From contig JAUYKW010000027.1 in the NCBI GenBank assembly GCA_030698395.1, positions 3,174 through 67,173 on the forward strand: DNA of 64,000 nucleotides. The letters run 5' to 3'. Both the position numbers and the translations under genes were made by a program. Below the pieces are notes generated by a model that saw only the letters and a list, made by a program, of their open reading frames with translations, ran no database searches and had not been told where the DNA came from. This stretch comes from a bacterium (lineage in GTDB: Bacteria > Patescibacteriota > Patescibacteriia > UBA9570). Shown piece by piece: positions 49,437 through 59,900 of this stretch. Each line of letters opens with the position of its first letter. Within the stretch, counting starts at the first letter, position 1.

Positions 49437-50741
49437 TCATATCTTCCTGTTCAATACGCATACAGATTCTACATGTGGTGTGCACGGAAAGAAGTTATAT
49501 AGCTTAATAAATTCAACCTCATATGATTCCGCTAGCAATTTTATATCTCTTGCCTGTGTGGATAAATTGCATGACATATATATTATTCTAACTGGCTTCT
49601 CATCTATAATAGTATCGATTACATTTTTATGTAAACCCGCTCGCGGTGGATCCACTATCACAACATGTTCTGAAGTAATAATTTCAGTCATATTTTCAGC
49701 TTCCGTCAGATGTACCTCGGCGTTACTAATCCCGTTGCTTATAATATTTTTTTTTGCGAATTCAACTGCTTCCTCATTATTCTCAACTAATATTGCTTTT
49801 TGATAATGCTCATGTAAAGGCAAGCTAATAGCTCCAACACCAGAATAATAATCAATCACATCTCTAGATTTATCTAAATACTTACTAACATCTTGCAAAG
49901 CTTGATTAAAAACTGGGATATTAACTTGAAAAAAACCTAATAATCCAAAATCCAGATTTGTATCATTAATTGATGCCGAAAGAAAATCTTGACCCTCACT
50001 GTACATTATCTCTGTTGGAACAGATGCTGGACTTTTTGGATTTGAAAAATAAATATGAAATCCAAGTAATTTATCATTCAATTTTGGATAATCACTAAAA
50101 TCAACTTTATCTTTACAAAATAACGCTGCAATAGCTTCTCCCTTGCCATTACTACGAATAATCAAAGATTTTAATTGATATCTTGTTAATGATTGCGCAT
50201 TAATCCACTTCAAAATATAGTCAGCGCTCTCATTAATTACAGGCTCAGCCAACACAGATCCTGCTACTGGCTCTTTATATTTCATTCCTCTCTGAAAAAA
50301 CGATAATGATACTCCAGTTCCTCTCTCATCATCTTCGTTAAACTCAAAAAAACTGAACTCTATTTTATTTCTGTATCCTACTTGTTGATCATCATTATAA
50401 TAAATATCCAAATCTATTAAATCCAGACCGCCAAGATAATTATACGTTTCGAGTGCCATGGTTTTTTTAAACTCATTCTCTTTCTCAAATGTCATAATAG
50501 ACCAAGGACAACTTGATAAGAAATGTTTCTCTGCAGGCTCAACTCTATATTCTGCTGGTTTGATAATTGTTTTAGCTACAGCCTCGAACACACCTTTTCT
50601 TTTCTTGATGATTTCAGCCTCAACTTGCTCTCCAGGCAATGCATTCCAAACAAAAATAGTCCTATCCTCATAATGTGATATACCTTGCCCACCAAATACA
50701 AGTTTATCTATTGTTAGATTTACTTTATCATTTACACGCAT
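49437..50741 (-). CDS. TRAM-domain SAM-dependent RNA (uracil-5)-methyltransferase, RlmD/TrmA family
   Basis: 434 aa. N-terminal TRAM fold, then a C-terminal Rossmann methyltransferase domain with DPPRAGL motif. Confidence 0.7.
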   Translation of the reverse strand: MRVNDKVNLTIDKLVFGGQGISHYEDRTIFVWNALPGEQVEAEIIKKRKGVFEAVAKTIIKPAEYRVEPAEKHFLSSCPWSIMTFEKENEFKKTMALETYNYLGGLDLIDLDIYYNDDQQVGYRNKIEFSFFEFNEDDERGTGVSLSFFQRGMKYKEPVAGSVLAEPVINESADYILKWINAQSLTRYQLKSLIIRSNGKGEAIAALFCKDKVDFSDYPKLNDKLLGFHIYFSNPKSPASVPTEIMYSEGQDFLSASINDTNLDFGLLGFFQVNIPVFNQALQDVSKYLDKSRDVIDYYSGVGAISLPLHEHYQKAILVENNEEAVEFAKKNIISNGISNAEVHLTEAENMTEIITSEHVVIVDPPRAGLHKNVIDTIIDEKPVRIIYMSCNLSTQARDIKLLAESYEVEFIKLYNFFPCTPHVESVCVLNRKI

Positions 50742-50743
50742 AG

Positions 50744-51262
50744 TTAGATTAATTTAGAAATGATTGCTTGGCAGAATGCTGGCAAATCATCTGGCTTACG
50801 AGAAGTTATTATATTACCATCAACGACAACTTCTTCATCTGAATAAATTCCGCCAGCATTAATTATGTCATCTGCAATTGCATCATAACAAGTACATTTT
50901 TTTCCCTGAATTATTCCTGCTGAAGCAAGCATCCATGCCCCATGACAGATTGATGCAACTAATTTACCAGCGGTATTCATATCTTTCACAAAATCTATCA
51001 TATCTCGATTCTTTCTCATCAAATCTGGAGCAAAACCACCTGGTATTAACACGGCATCAAATTCATCTATTTTTGCTTCCTTAATATCAATATCGCTTTC
51101 TACTGGATATCCATACTTACCCTTATACTTGTGAGCTTTTTTTATACCCACAATGACTGGTTTAATCCCTTCTTCACGTAGCCGATAGAATGGATACCAT
51201 AGCTCTAAATCCTGATATAGATCCTCAACTAATATTGCTACACGTTTATTTGATGATTCCAT
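50744..51262 (-). CDS. DJ-1/PfpI family protein
   Basis: 172 aa. Nucleophile elbow ICHGAWML. Confidence 0.8.
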   Translation of the reverse strand: MESSNKRVAILVEDLYQDLELWYPFYRLREEGIKPVIVGIKKAHKYKGKYGYPVESDIDIKEAKIDEFDAVLIPGGFAPDLMRKNRDMIDFVKDMNTAGKLVASICHGAWMLASAGIIQGKKCTCYDAIADDIINAGGIYSDEEVVVDGNIITSRKPDDLPAFCQAIISKLI

Positions 51263-51294
51263 AATTATTTATATAAATTAACTTATATATAATA

Positions 51295-52290
51295 TCACAA
51301 CTCTCTAATTGCGTGTTCAATCCTACGAGTTGCATCTTCATATGACTCTGATTTATCTACAAAATACAAAGGCTTGCCGAATTTTATTGATACTGAGTGT
51401 CTTTTAGAGAAAATGCTCTTTTTTGAACCATAGATAAATGCTGTTCCTTTTATTCTAACCGGAATAATTGGCACATTCATTAAAGATGCCATTAAACCAG
51501 CCCCTCTCTTAAATTCATTCATTGTATCGGAATGACTAACTCTACCTTCTGGAAACAAAGCCACAGACCAACCTCTGTCTAATAGAGCCCCCGTATAATT
51601 GAAACCAGATTTAATATCTTCATTTTCTTTACGAGGAAAAGGAAATGCATTAAAAAAAAGTTGTATTGCTGGCAGATATTTTCTAAATTCTCCAAAAATA
51701 GAATCCTTTGCAGCTGCATAGGCTAATCTATTTCTTACTTTTATATTCAATGCTGCCGATAAAAAAATACCATCAAATAGACTAATGTGATTAGACATGA
51801 TTATTACCGGATATTTCACGTCCTTAAAATTATCTTGATCTGCAACTTCTAATTTCGTCACTAATCTCATTAAAGGAAAGAAAAAAAAGCTCTGGCCCAC
51901 ATATCTTATTATCCTAGCAAATAGGCTTAATGGCCATTCCTTTATTTTTAATCTTTTTTCAACAGGATTCGCTACGTTAATTAAAGCCAATAAATCAGTA
52001 ACACTTGTTTTTGCTGTAATGTTAACTTCCGGAACTGTTACACCGAACACATCTTCAATTCTAGTAACCAATTCTATTCGTAAAATAGAATCTAACTGCA
52101 AATCACGCACTAATACTGTATCAGATGCAATATCTTTAGCATTAGTATCTGTAATTGCCGCTAGTAATGCAACTAGCTGGGGCAATTGTTCATCTTTCTG
52201 CATGGATACGTTTAATGATTTCACCTTTTTTAACTTTTCTGGTAGCTGATCGAGGAAAATCTTCCTCTTTCCAAACTGACCAGTTTGCAA
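51295..52290 (-). CDS. acyl-carrier-protein domain fused to PlsC-type lysophospholipid acyltransferase
   Basis: N-terminal ~80 aa carry an ACP-like DLQLDSILRIEL (DSL phosphopantetheine site). C-terminal domain carries the HxxxxD acyltransferase motif (NHISLFDG) and PEGR-like FPEGRVS. True start may be the ATG at 52203, which reduces the overlap with the ligase gene to 11 nt. Confidence 0.65.
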   Translation of the reverse strand: MQTGQFGKRKIFLDQLPEKLKKVKSLNVSMQKDEQLPQLVALLAAITDTNAKDIASDTVLVRDLQLDSILRIELVTRIEDVFGVTVPEVNITAKTSVTDLLALINVANPVEKRLKIKEWPLSLFARIIRYVGQSFFFFPLMRLVTKLEVADQDNFKDVKYPVIIMSNHISLFDGIFLSAALNIKVRNRLAYAAAKDSIFGEFRKYLPAIQLFFNAFPFPRKENEDIKSGFNYTGALLDRGWSVALFPEGRVSHSDTMNEFKRGAGLMASLMNVPIIPVRIKGTAFIYGSKKSIFSKRHSVSIKFGKPLYFVDKSESYEDATRRIEHAIREL

Positions 52291-53752
52291 TCTGCTGATA
52301 TGACGCTAACTGCTCATTCGTTCTTTGTACCAATTCCTCTGAGGTAGAATTATTATCTTTCTCAAACAGCAATACAGCATGTATTTCTACTCGTCCAGAT
52401 TCTTTCTCTAAACCAATCACACAACTGTCTTTAATTTCCGATAACTCATTAAGTTTTTGTTCGATATCCTCAGGAAAAACATTTTGCCCCCCTGGACCAA
52501 GAATCATATATCGTTTACGCCCGTTGATATAAATATAACCATCAGAATCTATCTTTCCAAGATCGTCTGTTTTAAACCACCCATCTTCAGTAAATGCTTC
52601 TTTTGTTTTTTCTGTGTTCTTATAATATCCTTGAAAAACACTTGGGCCTTTCACTAAAATTTCACCATCATCTGCAATTTTAACTTCAACACCTGATAAG
52701 ACTTTACCAATAGAACCCCTACGATGTGCCATTAACGTATTCATTGATACTACTGGTGACGTTTCCGTGAGTCCATATCCCTGCAATAAGGTTATCCCTA
52801 ACGCATTCCACTTATCTTCAAGTTTTGGATCTAAAGGTGCGCCACCAGAAGCTACGATACGTAACTTACCACCGAATGATTTGTGCACAGAACTAAATAA
52901 CAACCTTTGTAGTAGTCTAATTTTTATGGTATTAGATATCTTCATCATTTTCTGCATTAATTCTTTTTTCCCATCTTCCTCTGCCTTAGCCTCTATCTTA
53001 GACATTACAATACTTAAAAACTCAGGAACCCCAAGCATCTTTGTAACGTGATGCTCCTTCAAAAGATCACTAATAGCAGTAGGCACGTGAGCATAAACAA
53101 TTTTTGCAGATTTATAGCAAGGCAACAAAAAACCTATTACCTGCTCATAAATATGACTGAGTGGTAAAATAGATAAAAATACATCGGTATCGTCAACAGG
53201 AATTGCTTCAGAAACAGCTATAACATTTGATATTACATTTTTATGACTCAACAACACTCCTTTTGGATCTCCCGTAGTTCCAGAAGTATACATAATGATT
53301 GCAATGTCTTCCTCAGTTGCCGTTACTGGGACAAACTCATTGTCTTTGTATGATTCAATAGTTTGCTGTAAATCTTCGACTTGATAAACTGCCAATTCAT
53401 CAGTAATATCTTCTGTAAATTTATTATTTGAAAAAATTATTTTTGCCTCAGTTTGTTTAGCAATCTTATTAATCATCTCTCCTGTACTTTGGGTATTTAA
53501 AGGAACTAATACTGAACCATTTAATAAACAGCCCCAATATACACATAGCCAATTGGGAGAATTTGGAGCCAATAACAAAACTTTATCTCCTACACCAATG
53601 TCTTGTTCTTTCAAAAATACTGCGGTACTTTTTGCCATCTTGTAAATATCCTGATATGACAGTTCAACATTTCTATAACCAACTTTAATAATGGCTGCTG
53701 TTTTATCTGGGGTTTGTTTTGCAGAATTAATTATGAAATCTGTAAGTATCAT
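52190..53752 (-). CDS. AMP-forming acyl-CoA/acyl-ACP synthetase (fatty-acid ligase)
   Basis: 520 aa. AMP-binding motif YTSGTTGDPKGV and motif II region (GYGLTETS). Confidence 0.8.
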   Translation of the reverse strand: MILTDFIINSAKQTPDKTAAIIKVGYRNVELSYQDIYKMAKSTAVFLKEQDIGVGDKVLLLAPNSPNWLCVYWGCLLNGSVLVPLNTQSTGEMINKIAKQTEAKIIFSNNKFTEDITDELAVYQVEDLQQTIESYKDNEFVPVTATEEDIAIIMYTSGTTGDPKGVLLSHKNVISNVIAVSEAIPVDDTDVFLSILPLSHIYEQVIGFLLPCYKSAKIVYAHVPTAISDLLKEHHVTKMLGVPEFLSIVMSKIEAKAEEDGKKELMQKMMKISNTIKIRLLQRLLFSSVHKSFGGKLRIVASGGAPLDPKLEDKWNALGITLLQGYGLTETSPVVSMNTLMAHRRGSIGKVLSGVEVKIADDGEILVKGPSVFQGYYKNTEKTKEAFTEDGWFKTDDLGKIDSDGYIYINGRKRYMILGPGGQNVFPEDIEQKLNELSEIKDSCVIGLEKESGRVEIHAVLLFEKDNNSTSEELVQRTNEQLASYQQIANWSVWKEEDFPRSATRKVKKGEIIKRIHAER

Positions 53753-53758
53753 AATTAA

Positions 53759-54115
53759 TTAGTCATTTAATAAAAAAACTGCTGATGCTATTGCATAGTC
53801 ACCATCATGACTAATTGATATATCATGCGATAAAATTTCCGCTTCACCTTCATATTTCAAAATAGGATGGCCAGTTTTGCTGTAACGAATTCCTATTTGT
53901 TTCCAATTCCCTGCTTCTAATCCCAGTGCTTTAATTACCGCTTCTTTGGCGGCAAAAACACCTGCCAAATGCTGTGCAGAATTTGATACAGTCAATTCTT
54001 CCACTTGAAATATCTTATCTAGAAAATCTTGTCCCGAATTTTTTTTTGATTTTTCAAATTTCTTTATGTGTACAATGTCACAACCTGTTTTGATTTTCAT
54101 GTATGTATTATGCAC
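53759..54115 (-). CDS. acpS: holo-ACP synthase (4'-phosphopantetheinyl transferase)
   Basis: 118 aa. GCDIVHIKKF (GxDxxE/H) and FAAKEAVIKALG motifs. Confidence 0.8.
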   Translation of the reverse strand: MHNTYMKIKTGCDIVHIKKFEKSKKNSGQDFLDKIFQVEELTVSNSAQHLAGVFAAKEAVIKALGLEAGNWKQIGIRYSKTGHPILKYEGEAEILSHDISISHDGDYAIASAVFLLND

Positions 54116-54137
54116 TATTTATATAAAATTCACAAAC

Positions 54138-54167
54138 AAAAAAGAGGCCTAACTTGGCCCCTTTTTT
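54138..54167. terminator. weak intrinsic terminator-like hairpin flanked by A6 and T6, downstream of the major pilin gene
   Basis: AAAAAAgaGGCCtaacttGGCCccTTTTTT. A 4-bp GGCC/GGCC stem with a 6-nt loop, symmetric A/T runs, in the 66-nt gap between pilin and acpS. Confidence 0.3.
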
Positions 54168-54181
54168 GTTCTTATATAGGG

Positions 54182-54712
54182 TTATCGTGAACTTACAATC
54201 TCACTTGTATTTTCCGATTCACATGATCTAATTCGTAAAATCCCAGTAGTTTCTTTTTGGATGGTATAGCCTGTAGTTGCTGCTGTCCAAGTTCCAAGAC
54301 CATCAGGACTAATTGGTATGTCTCCAATGTAACCTTGAGTTATAATATCATCACCTCCGGTAGTTAAATCCAAACAAACTGCTTGCGTAGGGTTTGTATC
54401 ACAGAAATCAGTTACAGTTGTAGCTGTTGCTCCACTAGCACAAGAACCAATTAAGTAAACTTCACCTGCAGTCGCGCCATTAACTGCTGAATTGTAATAT
54501 CCGCCATTATCAACCTGATCCACTTTAAGTGCAGACAAAACTTCACTGGCTTGTGCTGCTCTTTTTGAATCTCTAGAATCAGCTAATCTCGATAAAGGAT
54601 CCAAGGCAACAAATAGAATCACAGCCAAAATTGCAATAATCGCCACTACGATTAAAAGCTCGATTAATGTGAAACCTTCATTTTTTTTATTTAATTCTTG
54701 TCGAATGTTCAT
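54182..54712 (-). CDS. type IV pilin (major pilin candidate)
   Basis: 176 aa. Class III signal ...NKKNEG|FTLIELLIVVAIIAILA with Glu at +5. Two Cys near the C-terminus. Confidence 0.75.
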   Translation of the reverse strand: MNIRQELNKKNEGFTLIELLIVVAIIAILAVILFVALDPLSRLADSRDSKRAAQASEVLSALKVDQVDNGGYYNSAVNGATAGEVYLIGSCASGATATTVTDFCDTNPTQAVCLDLTTGGDDIITQGYIGDIPISPDGLGTWTAATTGYTIQKETTGILRIRSCESENTSEIVSSR

Positions 54713-54758
54713 AATATATACATTGAAAACTATTTTTTATTAAAACCAGATTACTTAT

Positions 54759-54787
54759 ATTATATTATATTTAATAACTTACGTCAA
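54759..54787 (-). promoter_or_regulatory. sigma70-like promoter TTGACG-17-TATAAT upstream of the pilin gene
   Basis: On the minus strand, TTGACG (plus 54782-54787) is followed by a 17-nt spacer and TATAAT (plus 54759-54764), about 45 nt upstream of the pilin ATG. It overlaps the pilM stop. Confidence 0.4.
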
Positions 54788-56025
54788 TTTGAAGCATTTT
54801 TAATCACCCAGATAATAGCAGCAATTGACAAGCCACCAACAATAATTACAACTAGCATAACTAATTGCTTTTTTGTTTTTTTATCCACTCCCGAACTAAT
54901 TACTGAAATTTTAGTACCTGATCTTTCTTTTGTCTTAATCTTTTTTTCTTTTAATTCTGATTCACTCAATCTTAAATCTACTGATTGTTTTTGATATTTC
55001 GCATCAGTAGGATACATAGCTAATCCAACTGCTTCCACATACATTGATGCCTGATCCCCTTGCGGTATGCTAATTTCAGGAATCTGCCCTTCGGTTTGTC
55101 TTTGCGCTAAATAATTAGAGAGAAACTCCGTTAAACCTGGCAACTGAGCACTTCCACCTGTTAAGAATAATTCCTGCGGCATATGTTGATACAAACTATA
55201 ATATTTTTGCAGACTACTAGTAATCTTTTCTGCTAATGGTTGGACAATATTGATCATGTCAGGTGACTCCAGGCCGAATGAAATTTTTTGCGCTTCAGCT
55301 GCTTCAAACGATCCACCAATTTTTTGTGCTAATTGTGTGGTCCATACAAATCCACCAGTTAATATCGTTTCACTAATAATTGGCTGGCCTTGATAAAAAA
55401 ATGTTAACACAGTCTTTGTTCCTCCAATATCTGCAACTGCCATAGATGATTGTTGAAACTCAGAATCTCGATCTGCAAGAATTCCTCTCATAATACCTAA
55501 TACTTCTGGTTCTATGGCAAGAACCTCTATGCCAACTTCCTTAAAAAACAGTTGCCAATTTTTCACAATCTGTTTATCTACGCCAAATATAGTATAGTTT
55601 TCTGATCCGTCTGCCAGCACATTCTTTAACCATACAATATGTAAATTTTCATCTTCTATTAAAAATGTTGCTCGAGCTTGGTCACGTAAAACTTCCTCTA
55701 GTTTCTCACCAGTTAAATCCTGACCATCATTCTGAATATTATAATTTAAAGAATATACTAAGGAATCAGGAAAACTCACAACCGCCTTTCTGCTCTCTGC
55801 TGGTTGAGGCGATGCATTATCTAATAAAGATTGAAATATATTATTCAAACCTTCACGATTTTTAATTCTTCCTTGGACAATTACATCTCTAGCTAACTCT
55901 GCTCTAGCATAACTAACCATATTAAAGCTAGATCTAGCTTTACTAAGTTCAACGATTTCGATAGATGTATCAGCTATATCTATACCAAGGTATGATTTCA
56001 TTGTTTTTAGGGATTTAATTGCCAA
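54784..56025 (-). CDS. pilM: type IV pilus assembly protein PilM (actin-like ATPase) with C-terminal basic linker plus TM helix
   Basis: 413 aa. Actin/FtsA-like fold (GIDIADTSIEIVEL, DIGGTKTVL, LTGGSAQLPGL). The last ~40 aa are KKTKKQLVMLVVIIVGGLSIAAIIWV, a PilN-like membrane anchor without a periplasmic domain. Confidence 0.7.
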   Translation of the reverse strand: MAIKSLKTMKSYLGIDIADTSIEIVELSKARSSFNMVSYARAELARDVIVQGRIKNREGLNNIFQSLLDNASPQPAESRKAVVSFPDSLVYSLNYNIQNDGQDLTGEKLEEVLRDQARATFLIEDENLHIVWLKNVLADGSENYTIFGVDKQIVKNWQLFFKEVGIEVLAIEPEVLGIMRGILADRDSEFQQSSMAVADIGGTKTVLTFFYQGQPIISETILTGGFVWTTQLAQKIGGSFEAAEAQKISFGLESPDMINIVQPLAEKITSSLQKYYSLYQHMPQELFLTGGSAQLPGLTEFLSNYLAQRQTEGQIPEISIPQGDQASMYVEAVGLAMYPTDAKYQKQSVDLRLSESELKEKKIKTKERSGTKISVISSGVDKKTKKQLVMLVVIIVGGLSIAAIIWVIKNASN

Positions 56026-56414
56026 CTAGTTAAAGAAACATCTCCACCAGATACTACTGTAACAGCTTCTACTGTTGCATAATAATCACTTATATTTCCA
56101 ATAGAATTGATTGCCCGTTCAGTACCCCCATCAGACGTAACCGTTATTGTACAAGAATTACCACCTATACTCAAGACCTGAGTACCAGCTCCGACTGCCC
56201 AATTTTCATCATAGCGCAATCTGCGTAATACTTCCTCTGTACAACTATCCGCTAATACTATGGCAGATTCTGTTTCACCAGCAGAATAACTTAAGTCCAA
56301 CTCGCCAATTCCTAACAAACTAATTGATAAAGCTATTGTAGTTGTAACAGACGCAATTATAACAATTGCTATTAATGCTGCTGCTCCAGAGTGATCAAAT
56401 AAATATATTTTCAT
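56007..56414 (-). CDS. pilin-like/PilX-like small protein (no canonical E+5)
   Basis: 135 aa. Hydrophobic N-terminus MKIYLFDHSGAAALIAIVIIASV... Lies between pilin-like genes. Confidence 0.4.
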   Translation of the reverse strand: MKIYLFDHSGAAALIAIVIIASVTTTIALSISLLGIGELDLSYSAGETESAIVLADSCTEEVLRRLRYDENWAVGAGTQVLSIGGNSCTITVTSDGGTERAINSIGNISDYYATVEAVTVVSGGDVSLTSWQLNP

Positions 56415-56917
56415 CTTCTTACGGATACTGCAGTTTGATAAGTTTGACTAGTTGCATACTCAGCACTATCCGTACCACTATATTGCAATGTCATTTGAAC
56501 ACGAACATTTTCCACTCGACCATTACCTGTTAAATTTGTAAATTGTAGATTTGTTACACTCACCAGTGTGGGCATCACAATAATTGGTCCGGTAGCTCCT
56601 TCAGTAATTTGTATTTGACCATTATCAGCTGTAAGTTCTATTACTGTTGGGTTCTTTGCCACGTCAGCCATTGATAGTTCTAACACGCCGGGATCTGAAC
56701 TAAAAGTACTTCCTCCTAAATTTACTCCGGATGAACCACGAATTGCATCTGTTATGTACTCCATTGCAAATCTAGCATTAGCGTTTATTTCCTGATGCAC
56801 CGCTGCTTTGGACCTAGCCTGAAACATAGTTAAGGAAAAACTGATAAAAGCTACAACAACAGCGCTAGTAAGGGCTACGTATATCAACAACTCAATTAAA
56901 GTAAAACCTTTTTTCAT
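56411..56917 (-). CDS. minor pilin/pseudopilin
   Basis: 168 aa. MKKG|FTLIELLIYVALTSAVV class III signal. Confidence 0.7.
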   Translation of the reverse strand: MKKGFTLIELLIYVALTSAVVVAFISFSLTMFQARSKAAVHQEINANARFAMEYITDAIRGSSGVNLGGSTFSSDPGVLELSMADVAKNPTVIELTADNGQIQITEGATGPIIVMPTLVSVTNLQFTNLTGNGRVENVRVQMTLQYSGTDSAEYATSQTYQTAVSVRR

Positions 56918-56918
56918 G

Positions 56919-59900
56919 TTAGCGATAATTTATTATTACATCTTCTAAAATTGGCGTAGAAATTCCATCGCCTGTAAATTCTGCACGATACTGCACCCAT
57001 TGATTACCATTTAAAGCTGTAGGAGGTAACATACCATTTTGATCTGTAAAATAAGTTCCTGCACCTGTAGCACCAAACCAAGATGTCCATGTTCCTGGAG
57101 CGCCAGTTACATCTGGTGCAGTGCGCAATTGGAATTGTATTGTACAACTAGGCGAACATGCAGGTAATACCTCTGACCATTCAATCACTTGCAAAGGTGA
57201 AGTGTCCGTCATGTCAAAAGCAGATGAAGTTAGTGTGCCTGAGGTAGTATAGGTGCCAGTGCTCGTACGGGTAAACTTCATGAATAAACCAGCATCACCA
57301 ACAGTCCAACCCTCTGTACTATCTCCTCTTGAAATGTCATTTAAATTCGTCGTAGTTGGAGATGTAAATAACGCCCAATCAATTCCATTATAAACCATTA
57401 ACGTACCTGCATCACCAACGGCCCAGCCATCATTCGTTGCTATCATATCAATACCATTCAAATTGTTAGTAGTTTGTGAAATTCTAGACACCCAACTAAT
57501 ACCATTCCAGTAAATTATCACACCACCATCGCCCATCGCCCACGCATCACTGCTACTAACCATGTAAACCGCATTAAGATTATTTCCAGTTGGAGATGTA
57601 ACTGTACTCCATGCAGAGCCATTCCACTGTACAATTGTTCCTGCAGCGCCAACAGCCCAACAATCCGAACTCGATATACAATCAACGTCATTTAGGATAT
57701 TACCCGTGGGAGATGTTGCCGTAGACCAACTAGTACCATTCCAAGTAGCTATTGTTCCAGCATCACCAACTACATAAGCTACAGAGCTATTTACAGCTTC
57801 TACACCATTTAGACCATTACCGGTTGGCGATGTAACTGTACTCCAAGTACCAGTACTATACTGCACAATCGTACCTAACGCACCTACTGCCCAACCATTA
57901 TTTACATCTATAAATGTAAGATCGTATATATTATTGCTTGTCGGTGAGGTGTCAGACGTCCAGGCAACGCCATCAAAACTAAACAACGTACCAACGTTAC
58001 CTCCGGCATATCCTACAGTAGATGAAATCATATCTACAGCATTTAAGTTTTGAGTTGTTGGATTGTTATAGTTCACCGTAAGTTCTTCCAATACTGAGGT
58101 GAAATTAGCATCGGTTGTTGTGAATGTAACAAAATACTGTAAATACCTACCGTTAGGAGAAATTATTGGTTCCCCGCTTGGATTTGAATAAGCACCAGAG
58201 TATGCAGACCAACTTGCATCTGGTACAGCCACCTCACCAGTACGGGAATCGATTGATAGATTGGTTGCTGGGTTAGTGGTGTCTTCCACCCAAGAAATCC
58301 AATCCCATGTTGCTCCTGCACTGCCACTATCTATAATTGAAGATTCAAATGTACCAGTTAAAAAATAAAGATTACTGTACTGAATAAATGTAGATTGAGC
58401 ACCTGCAGCCCATACATTGGTGCTAGCTACCATATTTACAGTATACATATTTTTTGCGGTGGGAGATGTTACAGTAGCCCAAGCAGATCCATTCCATTGT
58501 AGTAAAGCACCACCTGCACCAACGGCCCAAGCATCAGATGCATTTAGTATAAAAATGTCATACAAAGCACTACCAGTTGGCGAGGTTACAGTAGCCCAAG
58601 CAGATCCATTCCACTGAATAATTACACCATCTGCACCAACGGCCCAGCAATTGTTTGAAACGGAACAATGAACCCCATTGAGGGCGCTACCAGTTGGAGA
58701 AGTTACAGTAGCCCAGGCAGATCCATTCCATTGGATAATTACTCCACCCGCGCCAACCGCCCAGCAATCCGAAGTTGATACACAATGAACCCCATTGAGG
58801 GCGCTACCAGTTGGAGAAGTTACAGTAGCCCAGGCAGATCCATTCCATTGGATAATTACTCCACCCGCGCCAACCGCCCAACCATCGCTACTAGATACCA
58901 TTGAAACGCTACTTAAAAGACTGCCAGTAGGAGATGTTTGAGTAGCCCAGGTACTGCCATTGTAATATATTATTGTACCTGACTGACCAACTGCCCAGCA
59001 GTTAGCTGTATCGGCACAATTAACTCCCTGTAAATTACTAGTTGTCGGTGAAATTACACCAAGCCAATCCACACCATTATATTCATAAATCGTTCCTCTG
59101 TTAGCTACAGCCCAGCCATCGCTGGCATCAATCATATCCAAACTATTTACATCTTCGTTGCCTAATGATGATGTTAAATCAGACCAAACGGAACTATTGT
59201 ATCGTACCAACAAAGGTTGCTTATTTTTACCACCCACTGAATGAACATCAATAGCAGATAACGCTTCAATATCTTTAAGGGTATCTATAGCAACTGCAGG
59301 AGTAACATCATTCCAAGTAGTTCCGTTCCATTCAAGAATTTTTCCGGTTCCTGTTGTTCCGCCAGATATATATCCAGAACTAGCTGAAAGCATGGATACT
59401 CCGTATAAAATTCTGGTTGTAGGACTAGATTGAGTAAACCAAGTAGAGCCATTGTAATAAATAATTTCACCACCAGCTCCAGCTGACCAACAATTAGATG
59501 TATCATAGCAATCAATTCCATTCAACTGCTTTGTAGTTGGTGAGCTAAAAGAACTCCAACTTGTGCCATTCCATTGTAATATTTCGCCTTGCCAGCCAAC
59601 TGCCCAGCCATCTGACGCTGATACAAAATCCACTCCAAAAAGGTTTCTGGAAGTAGGCGAACTAAAACTAGTCCAAATAGCACCGTTCCATTTCAAAATT
59701 GTTCCGCCATCACCCACTATCCAACCATCACTTGCCGAAATCATTTTTATTGCGTTTAAATCGGATGTTGTACCAGAAGTAACAGTAGACCATGTGACTC
59801 CGTTCCAATGTATTATGACTCCACTTACGCCAATGGCCCATATATTATTAGCCGACACTATGTCAATTGATAATAACTCTGTAGACACTCCACTGCTAAC

